From NCBI GenBank assembly GCA_003022365.1, contig PXOU01000019.1:4157-68156 (forward strand): a stretch of DNA of 64,000 nucleotides, read 5' to 3'. A program made the position numbers and the translations under genes. Each line of letters begins with the position of its first letter. Position 1 is the first letter of the stretch. This document shows, one piece after another, positions 22,528-31,736 of this stretch. This stretch comes from Candidatus Saccharibacteria bacterium QS_5_54_17 (GTDB taxonomy: Bacteria > Patescibacteriota > Saccharimonadia > QS-5-54-17). The notes under the pieces were generated by a model. It did not search any database. It saw only the letters and a program-made list of their open reading frames with translations, and was not told the DNA's origin.

Positions 22528-23832
22528 ATGCAACACGGACGAATCAAGCAATTACTGACCAATCGGGACATCAGAAAACGTTTGCTCGGCGTATTCGGCA
22601 TTATCTTTTTGTTCCGGGTGCTTGCCCATATCCCGATTCCCATCGGTGACACCACCACGCTGCGGCAATTTCTGGAAGATATACTTTCTTCCAACCAGTT
22701 GTTTGGATTGGTCGATCTGTTCTCGGGCGGCGCGGTGGCCAATTTTTCCATCGCCATCATTGGATTGGCTCCTTTCATTAATGCCTCCATCATCATGCAA
22801 CTGTTGACCTACGCTTTACCGAAGTTTTCAGAACTCAAAAAAGAAGGGGAAGAGGGTCGGCGCAAGATCAACCAGTACACGCGGTATCTGACACTCCCCC
22901 TGGCGATAGGGCAATCAATCGGCACTATTTTCTTCATCAAACAGTTGGCGATACAGCAGACCCAGACCGACATCATTGGCGATCCGACACTGGCCGAATG
23001 GGCGATTATGGTCATCAGCATCACTGGCGGTAGTATGTTGCTGATGTGGTTGGGCGAGATCGCCACCGAGAAAGGAGTCGGCAATGGAATATCGATTTTG
23101 ATCGCCTCCAGTATCATCGCCCAACTGCCGAATATATTTGGTCAAGCAGTATCGCTTGCCCAAGCCAGTAGTCAACAAATGATGACCGTCATTCTTTTTG
23201 TGATCGGCGCCTTGATAGTCACCTACTTCATTGTCAAGTTGAACGAAGCCCAACGGACGGTACGAGTTTCCTACGCCAAACGTATGCAGGCCAGTGGATA
23301 TGGCGGCGTGGAATCAGAATTACCGATACGGGTTCTAACCGCCGGCGTAATTCCGATTATCTTTGCCATCGCTTTTATGTCGGTGCCCACCTTTGTGGGA
23401 CAGCTCTTTCAAAATGCTGATGCGGCCTGGTTGGCGGAATTCGCCACCAACCTAACGGTCTGGTTCAATCCCTCCAGCGCCATCTACGCGGTTGCCTATT
23501 TCGGGCTGGTCATCGCCTTCACCTACTTCTACACCGGCATTGCCTTCAATCCCAGCGATATCGCCGAGAACCTGCAGAAACAAGGGGGATTCATACCGGG
23601 TATTCGGCCCGGCAAGCAGACCGAAAACTACTTGCGGCGTATTGTAAATCGGATTACGCTATTCGGCTCCATCAGCCTCGGGTTTATCGCCGTACTTCCC
23701 TTTATCGGTGAACAGTTGACCGGAAGTTCGGTTTTGACCTTCGGTGGGACGGGACTGCTGATCGTTGTCAGCGTCGCCATCCAGACCATGCGGCAACTTG
23801 ATTCCCAGATTATCAGTGCCTCCTATGAGTAA
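22528..23832 (+). CDS. secY: Preprotein translocase SecY
   Basis: Multi-TM; GVIPIIFA, GGFIPGIRPG, GGTGLLIVV. Confidence 0.99.
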   Translation: MQHGRIKQLLTNRDIRKRLLGVFGIIFLFRVLAHIPIPIGDTTTLRQFLEDILSSNQLFGLVDLFSGGAVANFSIAIIGLAPFINASIIMQLLTYALPKFSELKKEGEEGRRKINQYTRYLTLPLAIGQSIGTIFFIKQLAIQQTQTDIIGDPTLAEWAIMVISITGGSMLLMWLGEIATEKGVGNGISILIASSIIAQLPNIFGQAVSLAQASSQQMMTVILFVIGALIVTYFIVKLNEAQRTVRVSYAKRMQASGYGGVESELPIRVLTAGVIPIIFAIAFMSVPTFVGQLFQNADAAWLAEFATNLTVWFNPSSAIYAVAYFGLVIAFTYFYTGIAFNPSDIAENLQKQGGFIPGIRPGKQTENYLRRIVNRITLFGSISLGFIAVLPFIGEQLTGSSVLTFGGTGLLIVVSVAIQTMRQLDSQIISASYE

Positions 23833-23935
23833 ACCCGAGAGAGCAGGAGCCAATGGAGTGGTCGATATATTATCCCGAAGGGTTTACAGGGGGGTTTACA
23901 GGAGTTGGGAAAGTGAGTATAATCATGTACTGTAG
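23825..23935 (+). CDS. Putative 36-aa micro-ORF (secY|infA); alternative 29-aa ORF at 23853-23942
   Basis: ATGagTAA overlap with secY stop; ends 9 nt before infA. Confidence 0.35.
   Translation: MSKPERAGANGVVDILSRRVYRGVYRSWESEYNHVL
23895..23923 (+). promoter_or_regulatory. sigma70-type promoter for infA-rpmJ-alpha operon
   Basis: TTTACA-17 nt-TATAAT, same GGGGTTTACA context as the tuf promoter. Confidence 0.7.
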
Positions 23936-23944
23936 TTTTTAGGT

Positions 23945-24166
23945 ATGGCTGGCAGTAAGGAAGTCATAGAGTTTGAGGGTACGGTACTCGAGACACTACC
24001 CAATGCGATGTTTCGGGTGCGGCTTGAGAACGGACATGAAATACTTGCCGTCATTGCTGGTAAGATGCGTATGCATTATATCAAAATCGTTCCCGGTGAT
24101 ACGGTCACCGTAGAGATGACACCGTATGACTTGTCAAAGGGACGAATTACCTATCGACATAAGTAA
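23945..24166 (+). CDS. infA: Translation initiation factor IF-1
   Basis: [19 protein letters not shown]. Confidence 0.99.
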   Translation: MAGSKEVIEFEGTVLETLPNAMFRVRLENGHEILAVIAGKMRMHYIKIVPGDTVTVEMTPYDLSKGRITYRHK

Positions 24167-24176
24167 GGGTTGAGCT

Positions 24177-24290
24177 ATGAAGGTGCAAGCGAGCGTCAAA
24201 AAACGGTGTGTACGGTGCAAACTGATTCGTCGCAATGGGATTGTGCGGGTCATATGCTCCAACCCACGGCATAAGCAGAGGCAAGGCTAA
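24177..24290 (+). CDS. rpmJ: 50S ribosomal protein L36 (37 aa, absent from ORF track)
   Basis: Hand translation [37 protein letters not shown]. Confidence 0.98.
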   Translation: MKVQASVKKRCVRCKLIRRNGIVRVICSNPRHKQRQG

Positions 24291-24409
24291 TGCAGATCCC
24301 CCACGCAGCAAAGTCCAGAGGTGACGCGCCAAAGACTGATCTTTTGGTTTTCAGTTTGGCCGGTGATGTGTTCCACCCACCGAAAGGAGATGTCCGGTGG
24401 CGCGTGTAG
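24290..24409 (+). CDS. Putative 39-aa bridging micro-ORF (rpmJ|rpsM)
   Basis: TAATG overlap with rpmJ; TAG 13 nt into rpsM. Confidence 0.55.
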   Translation: MQIPHAAKSRGDAPKTDLLVFSLAGDVFHPPKGDVRWRV

Positions 24410-24765
24410 CACGAGTTGACATTCCCGACAACAAGCGGGTCGCGGTTGCTTTGACCTACATCAAAGGAATCGGGGATACCAGCGCAGGAAACATCCTCAG
24501 GGAAGCCAGTGTTGACACCGACACCCGCGTCAAAGACCTGACCGAGACTGAGTTGAGCAGTATCCGCGATATCATTGAAAATCAATACATCGTGGAAGGT
24601 GATTTGTCCCAACGGATCCGCACCAATGTCAGCCGTTTACGGGAAATCAATAGTTACCGGGGGGTCCGGCACAAATCGGGCTTGCCGGTCCGCGGCCAAA
24701 AAACCCAGAAAAACACGCGCACCCGGAAGGGCCGGCAAAGATCAGCGGGAAGCATACAAAGGTAA
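24397..24765 (+). CDS. rpsM: 30S ribosomal protein S13
   Basis: ALTYIKGIG, YRGVRH..GLPVRGQ. Confidence 0.99.
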   Translation: MARVARVDIPDNKRVAVALTYIKGIGDTSAGNILREASVDTDTRVKDLTETELSSIRDIIENQYIVEGDLSQRIRTNVSRLREINSYRGVRHKSGLPVRGQKTQKNTRTRKGRQRSAGSIQR

Positions 24766-24794
24766 TCAGGGCGTAGAGGTAGAAGGCGAGATTT

Positions 24795-25187
24795 ATGGCA
24801 CAACAAACCAAATCCACCAGGAAAAAGAAGCAAAAGCGCACCGTTCCCAGCGGCCAGGTGCACATTCAGGCTACCTTTAATAATACCATCGTGACGTTCA
24901 CCGATGAGAACGGCAAAACGCTAGCGTGGTCCAGTGCCGGTTCCTCCGGCTTTAAAGGCTCCCGGAAGGGAACTGCCTATGCCGCCCAGGTGGCCAGTCA
25001 AAACGCGGCCGAAAAAGTCAAAGAACACAAAGTCAAACAAGTAGCCGTCTTCGTCAAAGGCATTGGGCAAGGGCGTGAAGCAGCCATCAGAGCCTTTATG
25101 AACACCAATATCGACGTCACCAGCATCAAAGATGTAACCGGGGTACCCCATAACGGGTGCCGGCCCCGAAAGCCACGGCGGATTTAA
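24795..25187 (+). CDS. rpsK: 30S ribosomal protein S11
   Basis: TFNNTIVT, PHNGCRP. Confidence 0.99.
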   Translation: MAQQTKSTRKKKQKRTVPSGQVHIQATFNNTIVTFTDENGKTLAWSSAGSSGFKGSRKGTAYAAQVASQNAAEKVKEHKVKQVAVFVKGIGQGREAAIRAFMNTNIDVTSIKDVTGVPHNGCRPRKPRRI

Positions 25188-25198
25188 GAGGATTTAAT

Positions 25199-25315
25199 AT
25201 GACACACTCGACACGACACATGCCAAAAGAGAGTAACATTGCCATCCGCCAATGCATCAATCCGTTGGTTTGCCCGGGGCTGATGTGTTGGCCGGGTCGG
25301 AAGGGAGTATTTTAA
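25199..25315 (+). CDS. Putative 38-aa bridging micro-ORF (rpsK|rpsD)
   Basis: GAGG SD right after rpsK stop; TAA abuts rpsD ATG. Confidence 0.58.
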   Translation: MTHSTRHMPKESNIAIRQCINPLVCPGLMCWPGRKGVF

Positions 25316-25924
25316 ATGGCACGAGACCGGGAGCCGATAGTCAAGCAAAGTCGCCGTGAAGGGGCGGCATTGGAGCCGAAAGCCCACAAGGTCATGGTGC
25401 GGCGCAAGGCATTGCCGGGCGAACGAGCGGGAGCACGGCGGAGCAAGACCACCCAATACGGGCAACAATTGCGCCAAAAGCAAAAGGTTAAGCGTATGTA
25501 TGGGCTGCTGGAAAAACAGTTCCGCCGCCTGGTTGAAGAAGCTGAGCGGCAGCACGGCATTACCGGCGAGATTCTATTGCAACTGTTGGAGCGCCGGTTG
25601 GACAATGTGGTATATCGGCTGCAATTGGCTTCCAGCCGGAGAGCAGCCCGGCAACTGGTCACTCATGGCCATATTATGTTGAATGGTCGACGGGTTGACG
25701 TGCCATCTATACGGGTTACGGTTGGTGATGAAATCACCATTCGGCCCAAAAGCGCTAAAAACGCCTATTTCCAATCCCTGGACATCGATCAGGATGTGGA
25801 TTTAAGCTGGTTGTCATTCGATCCAACCAAGTTGCGCGCCAAAGTTACGGGGCTGCCGCGCCGTGATGAGGCGGAGCCAGGCATTAGTGAACAATTAATA
25901 ATTGAATTTTACTCAAGACAATAG
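25316..25924 (+). CDS. rpsD: 30S ribosomal protein S4
   Basis: LERRLDNVVYR, ARQLVTHGH, IIEFYSR. Confidence 0.99.
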   Translation: MARDREPIVKQSRREGAALEPKAHKVMVRRKALPGERAGARRSKTTQYGQQLRQKQKVKRMYGLLEKQFRRLVEEAERQHGITGEILLQLLERRLDNVVYRLQLASSRRAARQLVTHGHIMLNGRRVDVPSIRVTVGDEITIRPKSAKNAYFQSLDIDQDVDLSWLSFDPTKLRAKVTGLPRRDEAEPGISEQLIIEFYSRQ

Positions 25925-25934
25925 GAGACGCATT

Positions 25935-26840
25935 ATGTACGCCATTCATTTGCCAGAAATCAGTAAAAGTGATGAAAACGCCACGCAGGGGACTTTTGTA
26001 GTCGAGCCGCTGCACCGGGGATATGGGGTTACGCTGGGTAACTCCATGCGGCGGGTGTTGCTATCTTCTTTGGCCGGTGGTGCGGTAACCGCCTTCAGCG
26101 TGGAAGGTGCCAGCCATGAATTTACCAACCTGGAAGGCGTTAAAGAAGATGTGGTCCAAATTACCCTCAATCTCAAGCGTCTGCGGTTCCGTGTCTACAG
26201 CGATGAACCACAGACAGTTAGGCTGAAGAAAAAAGGCAAAGGGGAAGTGACCGGTGCGGATATCTCCGGCTCTGCTGATGTGGAAGTTGCCAACCCGGAC
26301 CAGGTGATCGCCACGCTGGATAATGACAAGACTGAACTGAATATGACCTTACAGGTAGAGAAGGGGCGGGGTTACGTACCGGTGGATGAACGGCATGAAC
26401 AGTTGCCGGTGGGCATGATTGCCATCGACGCACTGTTTTCGCCGGTGGATCGGGTCCGCTACAAGGTAGAAAATACCCGCGTCGGCCAAATTACTGACTT
26501 GGATCGCCTGTCACTGGACATTATCACCGACGGCACGATTACCCCCAGCCAGGCCATGCAACAGGCAGCCGATATACTCGTCAACCAGTTCAGCGTATTA
26601 GCTGGAACGGAAGGCAGCGGGGCGGTCGAACCTTCTTGGGAAGATGGCGATGAGCTGGCTGTCAGCATTGAAGATCTCCAGCTGTCTTCCCGGACCACCA
26701 ATGCCTTACAGAAAAACGAAATCACCACGGTCAAGGATTTGGTCCAACTGAACGAGTCGGAGCTGAAAGGCCTGCAAGGATTCGGTGACAAAGCTTACGA
26801 AGAGGTTGCATCTAAACTGAAAGAGCTGGAGTTGCAGTAA
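25935..26840 (+). CDS. rpoA: RNA polymerase alpha subunit
   Basis: EPLHRGYGVTLGNSMRRVLLSS; AGGAG SD. Confidence 0.99.
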   Translation: MYAIHLPEISKSDENATQGTFVVEPLHRGYGVTLGNSMRRVLLSSLAGGAVTAFSVEGASHEFTNLEGVKEDVVQITLNLKRLRFRVYSDEPQTVRLKKKGKGEVTGADISGSADVEVANPDQVIATLDNDKTELNMTLQVEKGRGYVPVDERHEQLPVGMIAIDALFSPVDRVRYKVENTRVGQITDLDRLSLDIITDGTITPSQAMQQAADILVNQFSVLAGTEGSGAVEPSWEDGDELAVSIEDLQLSSRTTNALQKNEITTVKDLVQLNESELKGLQGFGDKAYEEVASKLKELELQ

Positions 26841-27274
26841 TGGCGAGCAGAGCCAAGACGGCCAAGCTATCCAGGCAACGGAATAAGCGGAATGCGCTGC
26901 TGCGCGGGCTATCGGAGTCGTTAATTTTACAGGAAAGCATCGTCACGACTGATGCCAAGGCTCGCAGCCTCCGTCCCCACATTGAAAAAATGGTTACCAA
27001 AGCCAAGGATGACTCCCGCGCTCGCCGCCGGCTAATTCGGAGCCGGCTTAACACCGATGAAGCCAGCGATAAGCTGTTTACCGATATCGCCCCGCGTTTT
27101 CGGAGGCGCCCCGGCGGATACACCCGCTTATCTCGAGCCGGCTTCCGGCGAGGTGATAATGCCCCCCTCACACGCATTAGCTTCGTGGAAGAACATGCCC
27201 AGCAATCAGACTCCTCTTCACGGCCAACTACACCCCAAGCGCAGCTGGAAACAGCCGAAGGAGAGCAGGCGTGA
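26840..27274 (+). CDS. rplQ: 50S ribosomal protein L17 with C-terminal extension
   Basis: RPGGYTRL, RRGDNAP; tail overlaps rplM start. Confidence 0.98.
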   Translation: MASRAKTAKLSRQRNKRNALLRGLSESLILQESIVTTDAKARSLRPHIEKMVTKAKDDSRARRRLIRSRLNTDEASDKLFTDIAPRFRRRPGGYTRLSRAGFRRGDNAPLTRISFVEEHAQQSDSSSRPTTPQAQLETAEGEQA

Positions 27275-27699
27275 GTACCTATAACCAGAAACCGGCCGAG
27301 GTCACCCGGAATTGGTATATCGTTGACGCCACCAGCGTTCCGTTGGGCCGGCTGGCCACCATCACCGCCGAAAAGTTAACCGGCAAACATAAACCGACCT
27401 ATACGCCGCACGTGGATGGCGGCGACGGTGTCATCGTGATTAATGCCAGCAAAGTGAAGGTAACGGGTAACAAGTACACCGATAAGATGTATTATCGCCA
27501 TTCGGGTTATCCGGGCGGTTTGAAAACCAAAAACTTCCAGCAAGAGATCACCCAACACCCCCAACGGGTTATCTCCCGGGCGGTGGCGGGTATGCTGCCG
27601 GATAATAAATTACGTGATCGGCGCCTGAAGCGATTAAAGGTGTATAAAGGTGAAGAACACCCCCATAGCGGGCAACAACCAGTGGAGCTGAACATATGA
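27271..27699 (+). CDS. rplM: 50S ribosomal protein L13
   Basis: WYIVDA, GKHKPTYTPHVD, HSGYPGG. Confidence 0.99.
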   Translation: MSTYNQKPAEVTRNWYIVDATSVPLGRLATITAEKLTGKHKPTYTPHVDGGDGVIVINASKVKVTGNKYTDKMYYRHSGYPGGLKTKNFQQEITQHPQRVISRAVAGMLPDNKLRDRRLKRLKVYKGEEHPHSGQQPVELNI

Positions 27700-27827
27700 A
27701 TGCCTCGGTTACCGGAGATTTCTTAGTGACAGGGTATCTAACTGCCGCATCTAGCGCGGGAATCCCCGGTGGATGGGGAAAACGGTCAATATATGGTAGC
27801 GGATTGAAGGGAGTCAACTGTGGCTGA
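27696..27827 (+). CDS. Putative 43-aa bridging micro-ORF (rplM|rpsI)
   Basis: ATGA overlap with rplM stop; GTGgcTGA overlap with rpsI start. Confidence 0.6.
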   Translation: MNASVTGDFLVTGYLTAASSAGIPGGWGKRSIYGSGLKGVNCG

Positions 27828-28227
27828 AGACGCGCAATATTACTACGGAGTTGGGCGACGGAAAGAATCGGTCGTAACGGCACGGATTTACGCTGACAGT
27901 GGTCGCCAGGCGGCCGTTACCGTCAACGACAAACCGCTGGAGGAATACTTTCTCTCCCCGGAGCAGCAAAGACGGGCCAAAGCACCGCTCAGACTACTGG
28001 ATAAGGACAACCAGTATCGGATTACGCTCCATGCTCGTGGCGGCGGTCTGAGCGGACAAGCTGACGCGGCCTTATTGGCCATCGCCAATGCCTTGGTGGC
28101 CATGGATCCGCAGCTACGTGCCACGCTTAAGCGGGCCGGCTACATCAAGCGTGACGCCCGCGTCAAAGAACGCAAGAAGTACGGCCTCAAGCGCGCCCGG
28201 AAAGCGCCCCAATACACCAAGCGCTAA
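27820..28227 (+). CDS. rpsI: 30S ribosomal protein S9
   Basis: GRRKES, KERKKYGLKRARKAPQYTKR. Confidence 0.99.
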   Translation: MAEDAQYYYGVGRRKESVVTARIYADSGRQAAVTVNDKPLEEYFLSPEQQRRAKAPLRLLDKDNQYRITLHARGGGLSGQADAALLAIANALVAMDPQLRATLKRAGYIKRDARVKERKKYGLKRARKAPQYTKR

Positions 28228-28405
28228 AACCAGGCAGGGTATGCGCCCACAACTCCCATATACGCCTCACGTGCGGTTGCCTGCCTTATCAACCTGTTTC
28301 ACAGGCCGTTTATCCTCAGGGATGGGGAGTTGGCATTACCCCGGGGAAGACGGGGTTAATCAATTAAATGAGAATCTTAGGTAGTAAAATAGGCTCGGAG
28401 GTTAC

Positions 28406-29086
28406 ATGTTGGGGGAAAAGCAGCAAATTGCCATCCTGAGCCAAGACGGGTATCTGTTGGTTATTGATAAACCGGCAGGTATCGCCATGCATCCTGGCAA
28501 TGGATCCGGGGATGAGGAAACCGTAGTGGATCACCTCGGCAGCGAGGTCAGTGACTGGGATAGCCAGCGGCCGGGTATCGTCCACCGGCTGGATAAACAT
28601 ACCTCCGGTGTCGTGGTAATAGCCAAAGACGCCGGGACCAAAGCATTGCTGCAGCGGCAATTTAAATCACGCCAGGTCGAAAAACACTACATTGCCGGCG
28701 TGCAGGGAATTCCTGACCGAGAACGGGCCAGGATTGAGGTACCGATCGGCGCCCGGCCCAAAAATCCGCTCAAACGCGCGGTCCGTCCAGACGGGAAACC
28801 AGCGGTTACCCAATACCACCTCACCCACCAAGCCGAGGACTGGAGCTTGCTTGATGTATATCCGTTGACGGGGCGTACACACCAGATACGGGTTCATCTC
28901 AGCTATATCGGCCATCCGGTGCTCGGGGATAGTGTCTACGGGGTTTCATGTCCGGGGTTGGCTCAGCATTTCCTGCATGCCAAGGAACTCACCATCCTGC
29001 ATCCGGCCACGCAGCAGCCCGTTACCTATACGGCGCAACTTCCCCCAGAGTTAGACAAGAAAATAGCCCGATTGAATAGTGGGTGA
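28406..29086 (+). CDS. RluA-family RNA pseudouridine synthase (no S4 domain)
   Basis: KPAG, GIVHRLDKHTSG, TGRTHQIRVH. Confidence 0.95.
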   Translation: MLGEKQQIAILSQDGYLLVIDKPAGIAMHPGNGSGDEETVVDHLGSEVSDWDSQRPGIVHRLDKHTSGVVVIAKDAGTKALLQRQFKSRQVEKHYIAGVQGIPDRERARIEVPIGARPKNPLKRAVRPDGKPAVTQYHLTHQAEDWSLLDVYPLTGRTHQIRVHLSYIGHPVLGDSVYGVSCPGLAQHFLHAKELTILHPATQQPVTYTAQLPPELDKKIARLNSG

Positions 29087-29158
29087 TCGGGCGACCATTC
29101 ACCTCACCCCCCGGTAATGGCTCTATAACCAGATTCGGGAAACATATATACTAGGTAT

Positions 29159-30253
29159 ATGCAGAAACGATTTGACTGGACATTACTGGCCGCCACGATT
29201 CTATTGGTAACCTTGGGGCTGATTATACTTTATGCTATTAACTTTCGTGATCCGGGTTTGGCCGGGGAATTCAATCCCACCCACCAACTGATGGCGGCCA
29301 TTTTGGGGTTGGTGGTACTGATTGCCACCTCCCGGATAGATTATCGGTTTTGGTTCAAAGCCGCACCTATATGGTATATCGTCAGCGGGCTTTTGCTGGT
29401 GCTGCTACTGGCGGTGGGTGAAACGGTTGCCGGCTCCACCAGAAGCATCGATTTGATGTTTATTGAATTCCAGCCCACCGAGTTAGCCAAACTGGGGCTT
29501 ATATTCCTGTTGGCCCGGTGGTACACCATTCGGGCGCGGGAGTTACGCCATCCATGGTATGTGTTTTTCTCGCTGGTGGCGGCCGGGTTGATAGCCGGGC
29601 TGATCGTCGCCCAACCTGATATCGGTTCAGCGGTTTTGATCGGCGGCATTTGGTTTGTTATGACGCTAGCCAGCAATGTCCGTAAGGTCTACCTGGCAGT
29701 CTTAATCGTGGGCGTATTACTCGTCTCACCGTTCGTGATTCAGCAGCTGCAACCTTACCAGCAAGAGCGTCTGCAAACCTTTTTCCAACCTGAGTCCGGC
29801 CCTCAAGACGGTGGGTATAATGTCAACCAATCGACGATCGCGGTCGGCAGCGGCCAGATTTTCGGCCGGGGACTGGGCGGCGGCACCCAAAGCCAGCTTA
29901 ACTTTTTACCGTCGCAACATACTGATTTTATATTCGCGGTGATTGCCGAAAAGTTGGGGCTCCTGGGGGCGACTTTGGTAATCGCGGTATTCGCGGTGTT
30001 GTTGTTCCGCGGATTTTATATCGCCCTTCATGCCAAGGACACCTTCGGATCGTTACTGGCCACCGGTCTGACCACCTTATTACTGTTTCACGTCGTCATA
30101 GCCATAGGCATGAATCTCGGCGTGGCACCGGTGACCGGTTTGCCGTTGCCGTTTATCTCCTATGGCGGAACCAATTTAATCATCAGTCTGTTGGCAATCG
30201 GCATTCTCCAGAGCATCTCCATTCACAAACGAGGACTGGAATTCAAAACCTAA
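29159..30253 (+). CDS. rodA: Rod shape-determining protein RodA (SEDS family)
   Basis: FQPTELAK, QPDIG, LPSQHTDFIF, LPFISYGG. Confidence 0.9.
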   Translation: MQKRFDWTLLAATILLVTLGLIILYAINFRDPGLAGEFNPTHQLMAAILGLVVLIATSRIDYRFWFKAAPIWYIVSGLLLVLLLAVGETVAGSTRSIDLMFIEFQPTELAKLGLIFLLARWYTIRARELRHPWYVFFSLVAAGLIAGLIVAQPDIGSAVLIGGIWFVMTLASNVRKVYLAVLIVGVLLVSPFVIQQLQPYQQERLQTFFQPESGPQDGGYNVNQSTIAVGSGQIFGRGLGGGTQSQLNFLPSQHTDFIFAVIAEKLGLLGATLVIAVFAVLLFRGFYIALHAKDTFGSLLATGLTTLLLFHVVIAIGMNLGVAPVTGLPLPFISYGGTNLIISLLAIGILQSISIHKRGLEFKT

Positions 30254-30457
30254 ATAAAAATCCCGGGCATTTCCGCCTGGATGACGTCTCAATCTGGGAG
30301 CATGTCCGTGATTATACCCCGTGGAATTCTACCACCTTCACGCCACCTAGTTTAGCTCATAAACTTTGTCTATAATCAACTACCAATATCCAAATCGTCT
30401 TTACAAACTAAGCTTGTAGCTGGTATCATTGCGGTAATTCCAAGGAGTAATCAGGGA

Positions 30458-30865
30458 ATGAAGCAGGCAGTAATACAGACTGGCGGCCAACAGTATATTG
30501 TGCAAAAAGACCAGGAGCTTATGGTCGATTTGGTTGGCAGCAAGAAACAGATAACCTTTCAGCCGCTTTTGGTGTTTGACGAGGAGAGCGCGGATGTCGG
30601 CACCCCGCAGGTGGGGGGCACCAAGGTGACTGCCAAGGTGGTCGACCACGACGTGGCAGGTCCAAAAATCATTGCTACCCGCTATAAGCCCAAAAAACGG
30701 GTCCATAAGCGAAAAGGCCACCGGCAACATTACAGCCGCATCAAGATTACCGGCATCACCAAAAACAACCAAACTGCCAGTTCCAATAAAAAGACTTCCA
30801 GTGCTAAGAAACAGCAAGCCGGCAACTCGACTTCCACACAAGCCAAACAAGCCCCGAGTGCCTAA
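30458..30865 (+). CDS. rplU: 50S ribosomal protein L21 with low-complexity tail
   Basis: AVIQTGGQQY, GHRQHYS. Confidence 0.97.
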   Translation: MKQAVIQTGGQQYIVQKDQELMVDLVGSKKQITFQPLLVFDEESADVGTPQVGGTKVTAKVVDHDVAGPKIIATRYKPKKRVHKRKGHRQHYSRIKITGITKNNQTASSNKKTSSAKKQQAGNSTSTQAKQAPSA

Positions 30866-30974
30866 ACCAATTCCAGATTATCCGGCCCACCGGTAGCGAA
30901 AGTCCCCCGCGTTCGTTTTTTCTAGCCGGGTATGATACGATTGATTTGGTATACACAAAGGTAGCCAAACAAAC

Positions 30975-31736
30975 ATGCCAGGGTCTATTATTGCCATCGC
31001 CAACCAAAAAGGAGGGGTGGGGAAAACTACAACCGCCATCAATACCGCCGCCTATCTCGCCGAAGACGGGGCGTCGGTTTTGATCGTTGATCTCGATCCG
31101 CAAGCCAACACCACCAGTGGGCTGGGGATCGATAAGCACAGTCTCTCCCAGGACATCTACCACGCCCTCTACGACGAGACTTTGGTTTCTACGCTCCTTC
31201 ATCAAACCCCTCACGGGATTAGTCTGCTCCCGGCCAGCCCGGTATTAGCCGCGGCGGAAGTAGAACTGGTCGATATCGCCGAACGTGAACGCCGGCTCCG
31301 CAAAGTACTCCAGCAGTTAGATTTTGATTATATACTGATCGACTGCCCGCCCAGCCTGGGACTGTTAACCGTCAACGCTTTGGCTGCTTCGGATTATGTC
31401 ATCATTCCGGTCCAAACCGAATATTACGCCTTGGAAGGATTGGGGCAGTTACTGCACACTATCGACCTGGTAAAGCAGGGTTTGAACCCCGAACTGGAGA
31501 TATTAGGGGTGGTGATGACCATGCACAGCAGTCGTACGGTGCTTTCGAACCAGGTGCGTGAAGAAGTTAAAAAACATTTTCCGGACAAGGTATTCGAGGG
31601 GGTGATTCCGCGGAATATCCGGGTAGCCGAGGCTCCCAGTTTTGGACAGCCGCTCCATGTCTATGACAAACGAAGCAAAGGAGCCAAAGCATATAAACGA
31701 TTGGCAAAGGAGGTAGCAGGCCGTGTCAAAAAATAA
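30975..31736 (+). CDS. parA: Chromosome partitioning ATPase ParA/Soj
   Basis: NQKGGVGKTTT, DLDPQAN, DCPPSLG, EAPSFG. Confidence 0.97.
   Translation: MPGSIIAIANQKGGVGKTTTAINTAAYLAEDGASVLIVDLDPQANTTSGLGIDKHSLSQDIYHALYDETLVSTLLHQTPHGISLLPASPVLAAAEVELVDIAERERRLRKVLQQLDFDYILIDCPPSLGLLTVNALAASDYVIIPVQTEYYALEGLGQLLHTIDLVKQGLNPELEILGVVMTMHSSRTVLSNQVREEVKKHFPDKVFEGVIPRNIRVAEAPSFGQPLHVYDKRSKGAKAYKRLAKEVAGRVKK

Noticed and set aside
21624-23944. Absence of rpmD, adk and map (also pyrH, cdsA, dxr near tsf/uppS)
   Set aside because: Expected CPR reduction or relocation; used only for taxonomy
28241-28384. 47-aa ORF between rpsI and rluA
   Set aside because: 13- and 21-nt gaps at the ends; no tight coupling
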